Under the pieces are notes generated by a model. The model made no database searches. It saw only the letters and a program-made list of their open reading frames with translations, and was not told where the DNA came from. 64,000 bases of DNA from Eledone cirrhosa. Taxonomy: Eukaryota. The stretch lies in assembly GCA_964016885.1 (NCBI GenBank), contig OZ024743.1, forward strand, positions 184,326,001 to 184,390,000, read 5' to 3'. Of this stretch, positions 47,502-62,060 are shown in pieces; position 1 is the stretch's first letter; each line of letters opens with the position of its first letter. The position numbers and the translations under genes were made by a program.

Positions 47502-47655
47502 TTCATTATTTCTGAAGACGGCGTATATATGTGTTGGTATGTATATTTAATCTTGATAATTTGTATAATTTTGTATAATTTTGTACATAGATCTGTTGAA
47601 TATGCATACCAATTCTAACACATATATATCCTAGAAACGATCGTTAAATAATGAA
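47502..47655 (+). ncRNA. Type I hammerhead ribozyme with very long stem II (right arm)
   Basis: ttcattattt-CTGAAGA-cggcgtatatatgtgtt ggtatgtatatt...aatatgcatacc..aacacatatatatccta-GAAA-cgatcg-TT-aaataatgaa; 10-bp stem I; palindromic stem III aacgatcgtt. Confidence 0.82.
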
Positions 47656-47801
47656 CCTTTTTTGTTTAATATAAGGAATTGTTTATTCATTATTTGTTTA
47701 ATATTTTATATATATATATATATATACAAATATATACATATATATATATATACAAATATATACATATATATATATATACATATATATATACAAATATATA
47801 C

Positions 47802-47832
<31 letters not shown>

Positions 47833-47870
47833 CATATATACATATATATATATATAATACATATATATAT

Positions 47871-48785
47871 ACAATAAAGTATGTCCATAGAATCATTTGA
47901 TAATATATATACACCATTTCCTCTCCCAATTATCATAATCAACCACACAAAAAACCAATTAAACCAGGCTATAAGATTAAAAGGCACCTATGAAGAAATA
48001 GTAGATAAATAAACGACAGCAATTTATTCGCGATCAACCGCTATAGAATATTTACCCAACATTTCAATAGCACGTGGAAATCGATTAAATATACCGTCAA
48101 CCATACACAATTAGGTATAAAATTAAAGTTAGAAGAAAAAATGCATATACACATGCCAGGATTACGTTTCTACCCTTAGGGTTTCGTTCGCTTTCGGAAA
48201 TATCCTATCAAGGATAAATTCTCGAGCTTCGAACTCATCAGGAAACAAACTCACTTGGACAAAGAATTTTCTTATGTGATCCCCGCCAGAAACGAATTTA
48301 AAATGGCTAAGAACTGTGACGTGACAGTGGTCAAGTCAGAAAGAATATGATTGGTGGCTTACGGTAAGTGGGCTGGTTGCTAGAAAGAGCAGCCCAATAT
48401 TGCCCAAATTGCATCTCAACCTTGTGAGAGATTATCAAATATAAAGATTTACATATACACAAACTAGACAAAGTCACAGATATATATGTTTTGGCAACCA
48501 TTCACGATGTGGCTCAATGATTAATTAATAAATTAAATAATCAGAGCAATATAATATAAAGTATGTCCATAGAATCATTTGATAATATATATACACCATT
48601 TCCTCTCCCAATTAGCATAATCAACCACACAAAAAAAAACAATTAAACCAGGCTATAAGATTAAAAGGCACCTATCAAGAAATAGTAGATTAATAAACGA
48701 CAGCAATTTATTCCTGATCAACCGCTATAGAATATTTACCCAGCATTTCAATAGCACGTGGAAATCGATTAAATATACCGTCAAT
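47871..48785 (-). mobile_element. Non-coding HHR repeat family D: ~1.3 tandem 682-nt units
   Basis: gtatgtccatagaatc recurs at 47879 and 48561; HHR in the unique part; (TA)n flanks. Confidence 0.8.
48166..48246 (-). ncRNA. Type I hammerhead ribozyme (family D)
   Basis: Minus strand gtttc-CTGATGA-gttcg...atcct tgat aggat...cgaac-GAAA-ccc taa ggg-TA-gaaac; canonical G10.1-C11.1 pair; GUA triplet. Confidence 0.88.
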
Positions 48786-48811
48786 ATATATATTTACATA
48801 TATATATATAC

Positions 48812-48929
<118 letters not shown>

Positions 48930-49079
48930 ATACTTTGGGAGGGTCATGTTGCCAATAAGAAACACACGCACCAGTTGCTTTCACTTCAATTTATTATAAT
49001 AAATTTATAAATTTAGGAATTTATAAATTTCTGGTTGGTTGGTTGGTTGGTTGCACAACCAGATAGTTGTTTATATATT

Positions 49080-49122
49080 GTCAAAGTTCTTTCGTCACAC
49101 ATTCTGTGACCTCATCAGTGAC
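49080..49122 (-). ncRNA. Minimal hammerhead ribozyme (inverted pLTR)
   Basis: Reverse complement of 53580-53622. Confidence 0.8.
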
Positions 49123-49552
49123 TGGGGATTCTTTTCTTTGTTTTTGTGCCTCTCCTTTGTTCTGTCCTACGCCATTTTGTTTCTGTGTGTGTGTTGTATG
49201 CTAAAATAGAACATAAGGGTAAATTAGAGAACATAGAAATAAAAATAGAATCTACACACGGAAAAGACCCAATGTTTAGACAAATCACAGAGGCAATAAA
49301 CATAAAAGAATTACAACCAAAATTAAATAGAAAATATGAGTGGAACAGCAACATCACAACTTACAATTAAGGACAAAATGAAAACACATACACACATAGA
49401 ACAAACAACCAACCGGTAACATGTAAATAAACAAATAAATAAACAAATATAAACACACACAGACACCCGGATGTGGTACATGCGCAGACTGAGCACACAA
49501 CCCACACACAGAAACAAAAGGAGAGGCACAAAAACAAAGAAAAGAATCCCTA

Positions 49553-49595
49553 GTCACTGATGAGGTCACAGAATGTGTGACGAAAGAACTTTGAC
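49553..49595 (+). ncRNA. Minimal hammerhead ribozyme (5' pLTR)
   Basis: gtca-CTGATGA-g gtcaca gaatg tgtgac-GAAA-g aa c-TT-tgac; CUU triplet. Confidence 0.82.
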
Positions 49596-49719
49596 AATAT
49601 ATAAACAACTATCTGGTTGTGGAACAAACAAACCAGAAATTTATAAATTCCTAAATTTATAAATTTATTATAATAAATTGAAGTGAAAGCAACTGGTGCG
49701 TGTGTTTCTTATTGGCAAC

Positions 49720-52700
49720 ATGACCCTCCCAAAGTATAACAATATCGGTTTCAACACACGATTTCAGATAAAGAATCTTGCTAAACAAATTCAGAAACGA
49801 AATATCGTAAGCCTTAGCCAGGCTAACAAGATACTGAAAACCACCATGTTCTGTTGTCTACGAAAAACCATAACATCTCGACAACTACACTTCATAAAAG
49901 AATGTGCCTCGTCCCGAGTTTACACGAACACCATCAACACCGACGTAAGAAGATTACAACTCACCAAAAAACAAGCAGATAGGCTAAAACGAACACTAAT
50001 TCTAAACATAAAAAGATCTATAGAGAATTAAGTCATCAAGAAAAACATAAGCGTAACCTAATATAAGAAATAGCTAGGATCACCACACCTAGAGAGAAAC
50101 TAATATTTATAAGCCTTATACGTCCTGAAGAACAGTACATTGCTCAAGAATGTGATAAGCAATTTAACAAGAAACTAAAGTAGCTTAAGCAGATAAAACT
50201 AAATCAGGATACTGTAGAGAATACCAATAGATATCCCGACAAAATTGACACTATAAATATGGCCGACACCTCATTAACAGATGAGTTCAACAACAACAAC
50301 AACACAAATATATACAGCAACACGGCAATAGATGACGATGAGTTATCTGTATTACTTCTACCACCGAAATTTGCGACATTCAAGAAGGTAAATATGATTA
50401 GTTGTCTGTCAGAAATAGAAAAATCATTTACAAAATTACGTTGGAGCCTCAAAAGCAAAAACAAAAATAAAAGTAACAATATACGCACACACATATACAA
50501 CACACATCCCAACAACAACAGACACACAGACACAAACAACAATAACAACAACACACACACCAACAATAATAACATACCCAGAAACAACAACAACAGACAC
50601 GCAGACACAAACAACAATAACAACACACACAACAATAATAACACACACGGAGACAACAACAACAACACACATCAACAACAACACACATCAACAACAACAA
50701 CACACACACATTCAATGCCTCTCACCACCACCACAATCTTAACAAACACACAGACACAGAAAACAAGTAATGACAGTAGCACAGAAATCACAGAAATAAG
50801 GGAAAGTAATAGGATTAAAAGGAGAAGGGAGACTTTGGACAAAGAAAATAAGCAAGACGAACACACAGACATACAAAATAGAGTAGATAATAACAATGAG
50901 CCAGTGGAAAGAGACAGGAGTAATTATGAGAGACATAGAAACAACCATGAGGCTGTTGGTGGAAATAGAAATAGAAATAGAAACAACACAACTAACAATA
51001 ACAATAGCACTAGTACACATAAAGCAGCAGCCTGGAACTCTACTTTTTATAATCCCTCCGATAAGTCGTTCAACCTGCGACGAGTCCACGCCACGACTTT
51101 ACCATTTAACAAACGCACGCAATTGCCGCCGCAGGTCGATGAACAAGCAGAAGCACAATTTAGTATAGCTAAATCCGAACTTAGAAATATTATAGAACAG
51201 TATAGCAAGAAGCATAATAGAGTGGAGGCCCAGCAACTGTGAGAAAAATCTGCAAATGGCTTGCGTAAGCTCATGCAGCGCTCACGTAATGGAGAGATAG
51301 CATGCTTTCCAACAGACAAGTCTGGCAGAATGTCGGTTGACAGCCTGCCAAACTACATCCAGGCAATGCAACCCCACATCACTAACACAAGAGAGGTAAC
51401 ACCACAGGAGCATGAGGATAGAGAAAAAGCCCTCAATGCTCATATGGTGATGTGGACGAATATAATGCAGCCCAACAAAAGGACTGCCAACAACTTCCAG
51501 GCCTGGAACAATGACGTGCCGGCGTTGTATGGGCTTCGAAAAGACCATAAAACGGGCAGTGACCCTGTCACGGGACCACCAACACGGCCAGTCTGTGAGG
51601 CTAACATTGCTAGTAACTACAGACTGTCCTTCTTCCTCTCCCTGATCATACGCCCCATCATTGAAATGTCCCCAGATGTATGTGACAGCACGGAGGACCT
51701 CCTCAGCAGAATCGGCGAGAGTAACCGATCTAGGGACCTAACAAACTGCATAATAGATAGTATGGATGTTGTGTCCCTGTATCCATCTATTGACGAGGAT
51801 TTTACTGTGGAGAAATGCGTAGAATTGATCAGTGAGAGCAATGTTGAGTTCCGTGGGATTGATACCAGTGAGCTGGGACTCCTACTTAAGCTTACCTATA
51901 GTAATAATTACCTAGACACATATGACCTTAGCAACCTGTGCCCTACAAGACCAGCAAGAGGCAGACCACCTACAATTACCTCAATGGCCAAGAAAACCCA
52001 CAGAGATAGATGGAACGGGTAGACCAGAGCCATACGGACACCCGAAAACCACGATGAACTGAAGAAAATGATTGCACATGCGGTAGGGGCCAGCATAAAA
52101 CTAACCCTTAAGGAACATATGTTCAAATTTAATGGAAAAACATATGCCCAAGAGGAAGGAGCAGCCATTGGTGTTAGCATTGCAGACGACATAGATAACT
52201 TATTCATGGTATGGTGGGACAGTAGACTTAAACTTAAACTTAAAGAACAATTAGAAGACCCCTTAACCCTGATAATGTACTCCCGCTACGTTGACGATAT
52301 AAACATCGTAGTTAAGACACCCCCACTAGAGAACAGTCAGGAACTAGAGAAAAACACAATGGAAAGCATCCAGCAAATAGCTAACTCCATCCACCAGAGT
52401 ATTAGAGTTACTATAGACTACCCAAGTAAACACCCCAACCATCGATTACCTGTACTAGACACAGAGCTCTGGTTAGATACCAAACAAATCCTCCATTCCC
52501 ATTATGCCAAACCCATGACTTCCAAACATCTGATCCACCGAAACTCGGCTGTTTCGGACCATACCAAAATCAACATACTGATTGCGGATTTGGTACGGGT
52601 GATGAGAAACGTGTCCCGCATGTGCAACCCCGAATAACTAGAGAGACACATACAACACTTCATCCACCGTATGCAGTTCTCTGGTTACAATCAGAGAGAT

Positions 52701-53378
52701 AGAATCAGAGTGTATAGAGGAGCCAGAACCAAATGGGAAAAATGGTAAATAATGACACAAATGGGACCTGCCCCTTGTATAGGAGCAAATTTTCGAATAG
52801 AATAGAAAGAAATAGGAATAAGGCTAATAGAATAAACTCATGGTATGATAGCAATACATACCAGAGTGTAATGTTCATCGATACAACCCCTAGAGGTGAA
52901 TTAGCTTACAAATTTAGAAGGGCCCTAGATAAACATAAACTCAATATTAAGATAGTAGAAAGACCAGGTACCTCCGTAAAAACACTTATTAGCAAGACAT
53001 AGCCTTTCCAAAGACCCCCCTGTATAGATAAGAAATGTATAACCTGTAAAATAATCCCCCATATTAACTGTAAAACTAGAAATGTAGTGTATAGCATAAG
53101 ATGTACTGAAAGACAATGTAGAGACAACTCGTAGTTTAGGGGAACGGATAAATGAACACTGGCGAGACCTTCAAGATAGTAAAGAATCATCTGTACTCTA
53201 CCAACATGCTAAAATATAACATAAGGGTAAATTAGAGAACATAGAAATAAAAATAGAATTTACACACAGAAAAGACCCAATGTTTAGACAAATCACAGAG
53301 GCAATAAACATAAAAGAATTACAACCAAAATTAAATAGAAAATATGAGTGGAACAGCAACATCACAACTTACAATTAA
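49720..53378 (+). pseudogene. PLE RT/GIY-YIG ORF broken by stops and frameshifts
   Basis: PTDKSGR, LYGLRKDHK..PPTRPVC, SMDVVSLYPSID, GAAIG, YSRYVDD, LPVLD, then CKTRNVVYSIRC; in-frame stops at 51240, 52020 and 52635. Confidence 0.88.
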
Positions 53379-53579
53379 GGACAAAATGAAAACACACACA
53401 CACATAGAACAAACAACCAACCGGTAACATGTAAATAAACAAATAAATAAACAAATATAAACACACACAGACACCCGGATGTGGCGCATGCGCAGACTGA
53501 GCACACAACACACACACAGAAACAAAATGGCGTAGGACAGAACAAAGGAGAGGCACAAAAACAAAGAAAAGAATCCCCA

Positions 53580-53622
53580 GTCACTGATGAGGTCACAGAA
53601 TGTGTGACGAAAGAACTTTGAC
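53580..53622 (+). ncRNA. Minimal hammerhead ribozyme (3' pLTR)
   Basis: Same motif as 49553-49595. Confidence 0.82.
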
Positions 53623-53867
53623 AATATAAAAACAACTAACCAGAAATTTATAAATTCCTGAATTTATAAATTTATTATAATAAACTGAAGTGAAAGCAAC
53701 TGGTGCGTGTGTTTCTTATTGGCAACATGACCCTCCCAAAGTATAACAATATCGGTTTCAACACACGATTTCAGATAAAGAATCTTGCTAAACAAATTCA
53801 GAAACGAAATATATATATATATATATATTTGATGTGAGAAAAACCACAGACCCTCCATCTCAACTCA

Positions 53868-53905
53868 CCTTTTGAAAAGCAAAAGGACTGCGAAACCGGT
53901 AAAGG
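53868..53905 (+). ncRNA. Degenerate minimal hammerhead
   Basis: cctt-tTGAAaA-gca aaaggac tgc-GAAA-c cg g-TA-aagg; stems intact, two core substitutions. Confidence 0.45.
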
Positions 53906-54019
53906 AACCAAATAAATATATATATATATTTTTTTTAAATAAGACTTCAGTTGCATTTTCGATTTCATCTCTTTTTCTTTATACTTTCACTCGTGTAGGA
54001 CACCTCGGTTATTTTTCAT

Positions 54020-54056
<37 letters not shown>

Positions 54057-54079
54057 CACTTTCTAATATATATATATAT

Positions 54080-54960
54080 ATGAACACAAAAACTGGAAAA
54101 ATATTCCCAAATGGAAATATGAACTGCAAAAGCAGCAATCTAATTTACTGCATTAAATGCCCGAATTGTGAAGAACTATATGTCGCTGAAACTGGAAATG
54201 CACGGGTGCACCGACAGCAAATCAGAGACCCAAATGTCCGTCAGATACCCCGAGTAACCATCTAACAACATGTGGTGAGAAAATATTTATAATATTTCCA
54301 TTCTACAAATTACACAGCCCAAGTGAAATCAAGAGAAAAATCAAAGAAAAGAATTTTATTGATAAATTTCAACCCAAGCTAAATGAACAATAATAATGGC
54401 GATTTACTCCTACTATGACTATGACTACGACCATGCCGACTACCACCACTAACAACAACAACAATAATAATAATAATAAAAGTGATGTTGATGGTGATGA
54501 TTACTAGAAAATGCTATTATCATCATTTCTAAAAATAGCAAAACAATTGATGCTTTGGATAGGGTCAAATAGAAGTCGTTAGACATGCTCAACCAACCGT
54601 AACGGCTAAACGCATCAGCTTTAGTAATCCAGTGAAACTACACACTGATTAGTCGAAATACAGTTTGCAAAATTTAGCATTCTGTAGCCACTTTTCACTG
54701 TATATAAGGCACAAAATGTACCCATCTCATTACAGTTGAAAATTGCAAGCTTGACTGTCACCACAAAATATGAACCTGAAGATTGCGAAAGCATGAAAGT
54801 AATTGTTCAATTAACATTTAACATTTAATATTCCACCATATTATTTCATTCTAATACCATTAGAATTTTAAAGGATTGTAAATAAAACGAGTAAATCAGA
54901 CAAAGCTGGAATTCCTTTTATTAATATAATCTTCTATACACAATTATATACAACCGTGTA
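54080..54960 (+). pseudogene. Decayed PLE 3' end (GIY-YIG) with hammerhead-like motif at 54771-54809
   Basis: NCKSSNLIYCIKCPNCEELYVAETG..HRQQIRDP; tgaac-CTGAAGA-t tgc gaaa gca t-GAAA-gtaa-TT-gttca (stem III broken). Confidence 0.75.
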
Positions 54961-55042
<82 letters not shown>

Positions 55043-55045
<3 letters not shown>

Positions 55046-56021
55046 TACTGTACGTCTGTATACATATATGTATGTACGTATACATACTTATATTTAAGTA
55101 ACAGCCGTACTAAGAATGATAAATGAAATTTCGTTTCATTTTTTCCGTTTATCGTTTTCGGTACCCCGGCCGATTAACTCAACCGATATGCAAATTAGGC
55201 TGCTCAGCCGTTAATATGCATAAGGAAAGTATATACTTTCAGACGTTCAACCATCTGGCAGTAACGTATACGTTGCTGACGATAGCTAATAAGCTTGAAA
55301 CTAATACAGCATTCCTTTGTCAGTGTTGAACAAATGAGCAACGATTGTTGCTAGACACTGTACGGCTTAATTCGGGATGTTTGTTTACAAACACACCGAG
55401 CAGTATAATAAATGTTCGGTGAATACATACGTACATATATATATGTGTGTATATGTATGTATATATATATATATACATACTACTGTATGTCTGTATACAT
55501 ATATGTATGTACGTATACATACTTATATTTAAGTAACAGCCATACTAAGAATGAGAAATGAAATTTCGTTTCATTTTTTCCATTTATCGTTTTCGGTACC
55601 CCGGCCTATTAACTCAACCGATATGCAAATTAGGCTGCTCAGCCGTTAATATGCATAAGGAAAGTATATACCTTCAGACGTTCAACCATCTGGCAGGAAG
55701 GTATACGTTGCTGACGATAGCTAATAAGCTTGAAACTAATACAGCATTCCTTTGTCAGTGTTGAACAAATGAGCAACGGTGGTTGCTAGACACTACGGCT
55801 TAATACGAGATGTTTGTTTACAAACACACCGAGCATTATAATAAATGTTCGGTGAATACATACGTACATATATATATATGTGTGCATGTATGTATATATA
55901 TATATATATATACATACTATTGTACGTCTGTATACATATATGTATGTACGTATACATACTTATATTTAAGTAACAGCCGTACTAAGAGTGAGAAATGAAA
56001 TTTCGTTTCATTTTTTTCATT

Positions 56022-56023
<2 letters not shown>
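55043..56023 (+). mobile_element. Diverged family A subfamily: ~2.2 tandem 435-nt units with HHR motifs at 55270-55312 and 55705-55747
   Basis: Shares gcaaattaggctgctcagccgttaat, ggaaagtatatac and tgtcagtgttgaac with the 486-nt unit; acgttg-CTGACGA-tagctaataagctt-GAAA-cta-ATA-cagcat. Confidence 0.88.
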
Positions 56024-56054
<31 letters not shown>

Positions 56055-56262
56055 CACGATAAATTAACGGAGCCATACACTCTCGTTATTACCTGTCAAT
56101 AATGTGCAAGTAAAAGCAATCCTGAGCTCTTTAAAATACAATATTTTGAAAAGGTAACACACTAGAGAGAGATAGTGCGCCATCAATAAAACAGGGAAAA
56201 TCACCAGTGTATGGAATTTATAATTTATGGAAGGCAGAGTAGACACACTGGTGGTTTTATAT

Positions 56263-56301
<39 letters not shown>

Positions 56302-56302
56302 G

Positions 56303-56334
<32 letters not shown>

Positions 56335-56845
56335 TATATGTATCCCTGCTGATCATTATCACAACAACGAACCTCTTTACTACTACTACTACTACTACAC
56401 ACACATATTTGTTTTGAAAGACTTATTTTTCAGTGACTTCTCAATCAGCCGACACAAACCTACATTTGGCGCAAAATCAATTTTTAACATTCACATGACC
56501 TCTACCGACCAATCAAAATTGTTTTGACCACAAGAATTTTTGCAACACGAATTGGCGCGAAACTTATTTTAATACATCTGGAGCCACTTTTTTCACATAA
56601 AACAGGTAGAATTTCCAAAACTAATCAGATTAGAGCAAACATCACGGGCGCTCTATCTCAAAATTATTTTTGAAAAGCATTAGAAATGCGCAACCGGTAA
56701 AACTTAAAACCAAAACTGAATACTAGCGAATACTATTACTAATTTTTACTTATTCCTAATTGAACTATTTTTCACTGGGAACAATTTGTCAGCATTTTCT
56801 TTTCCGTTTACCAATATATCATAACTCGTGTGTTACACCTATATT

Positions 56846-56989
<144 letters not shown>

Positions 56990-57201
56990 TATATATATAT
57001 ATGTATATATATATATGTATATATATATAAATATATATATATATATACATATATATGTATATATACATATATATGAATATATATATATGTATGTATATAG
57101 AGATAAGTATGTATATATATATGTATATATATATGTATGTATATATATATGTATGTATGTATATATATATATGTATATATATACGTATATATATATATAT
57201 G

Positions 57202-57249
<48 letters not shown>

Positions 57250-57250
57250 G

Positions 57251-57283
<33 letters not shown>

Positions 57284-57386
57284 GTGTATTATATATATAT
57301 ATGTATATATATATATGTATATATATATATATACGTGTATATATATATATGTATATAATGGAAAAATTTGAACGTGTATGTATATA

Positions 57387-57421
<35 letters not shown>

Positions 57422-57570
57422 GGATTAGAATACTGGAGCGTGTTTGAGTCAAACACCCTCTTCGTATTATAGAAATGACAGTAAAAGGTATAGCTCAATG
57501 CAGTTAAACAGAGCCAAAAAATTAAGAGAGTAAAACAAAGAATCCTTTAATACATCAAAAGTTTTTATTA

Positions 57571-57608
57571 GCCGACAATGTTTCGTCCTATTAAGGACTC
57601 ATCAGGGC
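57571..57608 (-). ncRNA. Minimal type I hammerhead ribozyme
   Basis: Reverse complement of 62061-62098. Confidence 0.9.
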
Positions 57609-57944
57609 AATCAAAACAACAAGAGGTAATTTCGGCAGATACAAGCCAGAAACTCTGAAGAATATGGAGTGTACATACACTAATGTCTTACAAAGATATA
57701 CCATAATAAAAATGAAGATAAAAATAATAAAATTATAAAATTATAATAACTAAGGATGTAGATAACATTAAGAACCATATTACAAATATAGTCCAAAGCC
57801 ACCAACTTAAATCTAAACAAATTTGGTTATATAGAGCAGGAATTATATATAACACAGTATAATACATTATAATAATAATATATTTATACCAACATTAAAA
57901 TTCCAAATTAAAAATCAAAAGGTACAATATATACATGTATATAT

Positions 57945-58026
<82 letters not shown>

Positions 58027-58492
58027 TACAATACACATATCTATTTTCTATTACACAGAAATTAAGCCCTATTGGAAGTTTGAATATTAAAAATATTAAA
58101 AATAAGCATGGTAATAGTGAAAATAATGCTAATACATCTACCCAATATACATGAGGCAATAATATGATATAATTACAAGAAACACTTATAACAAATAATA
58201 AATAATAAACAACAAAATTATATAATTCAATACAATATAATAAAGTAGAATAGGTAATCCCCGGTTAATTTACAGAAACAATATAGATGTCACAGTGAAA
58301 TACAATGATAAAATGTTAACATTATATTAACAATTACCATAAACAATATGTACAACATGATTCATACTGGGTTACATAATAAATGAGGAAATATCAATCA
58401 TATAATATAATACAATAATACTCAAAAAAACTATATTGGTACAGGGAACAATTATGATGTTACAGAAAAAATATGTTGTTACAGAAAAAATA

Positions 58493-60115
58493 TATCGTGA
58501 TGATGCATTGTTTATAATTAACTCTAGTACCAACAATGTAGAACGTAATAAGAAGAAGCTCTTATAAGTTTTTTAATAGCTACAACCTTTCAATCACGAT
58601 AGCATAGAAATGATAGAGCGGTAACTTTTTAGATTGACTTGACCACTCTTTAAACCTTGGGGCACCATAGTAGCCTTAAGTACCAATTCTTTCTTATGTA
58701 TGCCCCCAATTCTAACCACCCTAAGTCTATGATAAACTCTATAATTAAAGGGCTGTTTCTAATAGGATTTCCACACTATCTAAGACATAGGAACTTTTAA
58801 TGAACATGCGGAGTACTATAATAACGCCCTAGCAAATTCAGGTCACTCTAGTAAAATAAATTATAATAATAGTAACTTTAGAAAGTCTCCGCTTACTCTT
58901 AATAATAATAACATTATATCACATAACATGGCTATGAATGGGAGTAGCAAACTTAGTAACCGTAGAACTTATATAGGAGTATCTGAACACACCCATAAGT
59001 TATCCCACCGGACTCGTAATAACAAATATAATACCTCTAAGAGACAAGTCGAGCCCCCTGTGCGCTCACGCATTGGTGTTGGTTTGGCTGGATCTTGTTC
59101 TAGTAATGTTGCTCCTACTGATCCTATCATTGGCCTTAATCCTCTTGTGGGGATTCTGGACAACAGCGGATCTACTAGAGGTAGAAACTATAATAGGCAT
59201 AACGAAATTATGGCTGATTCTATGAATGTGGCTTCAACTATTCCCGATAGTAACCCTAGTCTCGACGACGGGACCTTTAATAGAGGTAGGGTCGATAAGA
59301 ATAAAAATAAAAATAAAAATAGAAGGCGATTGAATACTTATTTCAACCCGCCATATAATCAGGATGTATCAACTAATATCCCTAGGTCTTTCTTCACTAT
59401 CCTGGAGAAAAATTTCCCCCCTTCTCACAAATACCATGGTATTTTTAATAAAAATGTTATTAAACTCTCATTCTCTACCACCCCTAATATTAGTTCTCAT
59501 TTAGCTAGCACTAATAATAGGAAAATTAGGGATGGATTCTCCTCTCTACATACTAATAGTCTGAATGCATCGGACAATGCTTTACCACCAGAACAGTCCT
59601 TATCTAATAGAGGTCCTACGTGCAATACATCACCACTCGAGCCAACCAATAACACCCGGAAGTGCAATTGTAGAGTGAGTGCTAACTGCCCTCTAAACGA
59701 TAACTGCCTTTCTAAGAACATTGTCTACGCTTGCGAGGTTATAACTAATTCCTCTAAAAGAACATATATAGGATCTACTTCAAACACTTTTAAGACTAGG
59801 TTTAACTCTCATATCTCTAACTTCAAACATGTTAGGTTTAAGAATTCTACCTCTCTAGCGCATTATATCTGGGATCTTAAGGGAGCTTATATACCATATA
59901 GCCTTAACTGGAGTTTAGTAGCACGATCTAACCACCTTTCTGCACATAGTAAGTTTTGTAATCTCTGTATACTTGAGACACACTCTATTATTTTCTCTAG
60001 CGTACCCTTACTGAATAGAAAGTCTGAGATATTCTCTTCTTGCCCCCATGCAATTTCTAATTCTTACTTTTATTATAAACCCAAATGTTCTAGTAGTACA
60101 AATCGTACCCATTAG
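58493..60115 (+). pseudogene. PLE RT remnant (decayed) + linker/GIY-YIG (open 58928-60115)
   Basis: tat cgt gat gat = YRDD at 58493; YFNPPYN..NFPPSHKY..CNC..CPL..IVYAC..TYIGSTSNTFKTRF..CNLC. Confidence 0.88.
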
Positions 60116-61638
60116 CAGATATATTCCATTACTTAGTTTTTTGTTTGGGTTCTTTTGTTTGCTAACACTAATATTATCATTGGTTTTTGAGGACTCTTCA
60201 TTCTAGCTCTCATAATCATTTGGCCACTGTACCATATCTATGCCTTCACTATTACACCTTGTTAGTATACATAAGATTACACACGTTATTATCTTTATAT
60301 ATTCTTTTATTACCATAACTTTAATTTTAATTTTAACATTATTTTTATTTTTATTTTTAATTCTATTTTTATTTCTAAGTCTATTCTGATTTATCTATCG
60401 AACCCCCCCCCCCCTTCTCCTCCCCCCCCCCCCATGCACACAAACTTATTGTCAACCCCTCAGATTGAATATAATTATATTAACTCCCCCCCCCCCTCTG
60501 TTATGCTCTGTTCTATTGTTTCATTATAGTATATCGAATATACTTATGCCACTTCGCACCCTCCATATATTTTGTCAATTCTGTCCCCATTAGCCTACCT
60601 TAACTCTACTTAAGTCAGTTTTTTAGATATCGTTGCGTATATGATAGTGTAATTTTATTCCTTTTTGTAAACATTTGTAACGATACATTAAAGTTTATAT
60701 ACTTTAATGACTTAGACTATAGCTAATTTTATACTACCTTATCGGATGGGTTTGATATTTTTAATGTTAATTTATCAGATAGGGTTTGGAGTCATTTAAA
60801 ATGATCGCTTTCCTTGGTGTTTACCAAATTTCTTAATGCACGCGAGGCCTAAATGTGTATACATTTGCTTTGTTTTGTAATTTCCGGTTGATTGTATTTA
60901 TTTGTTTTATCCTATTTACTATTCACTGCCTGGCTTCGCTCACTCATCCACACATGTCTGTCTACTAACCTTGAAATTATAAGTATTTATTTATATATTT
61001 TATGCCAATTTTTAAAATATATTACATTATGATATTGATCCTTATTACTTACCGTCATTATGATATTTAAACTTTATATATCATATAAGATGTCTGGATT
61101 TTTTAATATTTTAATATTGTAATATGTAACATTATGATATTTAGACTTTACATATCATGTTAGATGTCTGTATATTTTTTCTGTAACAACATATTTTTTC
61201 TGTAACATCATAATTGTTCCCTGTACCAATATAGTTTTTTTGAGTATTATTGTATTATATTATATGATTGATATTTCCTCATTTATTATGTAACCCAGTG
61301 TGAATCATGTTGTACATATTGTTTATGGTAATTGTTAATATAATGTTAACATTTTATCATTGTATTTCACTGTGACATCTATATTGTTTCTGTAAATTAA
61401 CCGGGGATTACCTATTCTACTTTATTATATTGTATTGAATTATATAATTTTGTTGTTTATTATTTATTATTTGTTCATAAGTGTTTCTTGTAATTATATC
61501 ATATTATTGCCTCATGTATATTGGGTAGATGTATTAGCATTATTTTCACTATTACCATGCTTATTTTAATATTTTTAATATTCAAACTTCCAATAGGGCT
61601 TAATTTCTGTGTAATAGAAAATAGATATGTGTATTGTA

Positions 61639-61722
<84 letters not shown>

Positions 61723-62060
61723 CATATATACATGTATATATTGTACCTTTTGATTTTTAATTTGGAATTTTAATGTTGGTATAAATATATTATTATTATA
61801 ATGTATTATACTGTGTTATATATAATTCCTGCTCTATATAACCAAAATTTGTTTAGATTTAAGTTGGTGGCTTTGGACTATATTTGTAATATGGTTCTTA
61901 ATGTTATCTACATCCTTAGTTATTATAATTTTATAATTTTATTATTTTTATCTTCATTTTTATTATGGTATATCTTTGTAAGACATTAGTGTATGTACAC
62001 TCCATATTCTTCAGAGTTTCTGGCTTGTATCTGCCGAAATTACCTCTTGTTGTTTTGATT

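Larger units (their letters stand above)
35330..47709. mobile_element. Young Penelope-like element as a head-to-head palindrome: arms ~35459-41279 and 41847-47709, ~570-bp unique spacer
   Basis: The two ORFs encode the same protein on opposite strands; arms differ mainly in microsatellite lengths; one HHR near each outer end; extra ~130-nt tail on the left. Confidence 0.93.

Noticed and set aside
51240-52637. Programmed read-through or selenocysteine in the PLE ORF
   Set aside because: The stops are a mix of TGA, TAG and TAA, with frameshifts nearby, consistent with decay
56343-56436. Possible family E hammerhead (ctgCTGATCA...GAAAgacttattttTcag)
   Set aside because: Core G8 is changed and the stems are weak; cannot be supported from one copy
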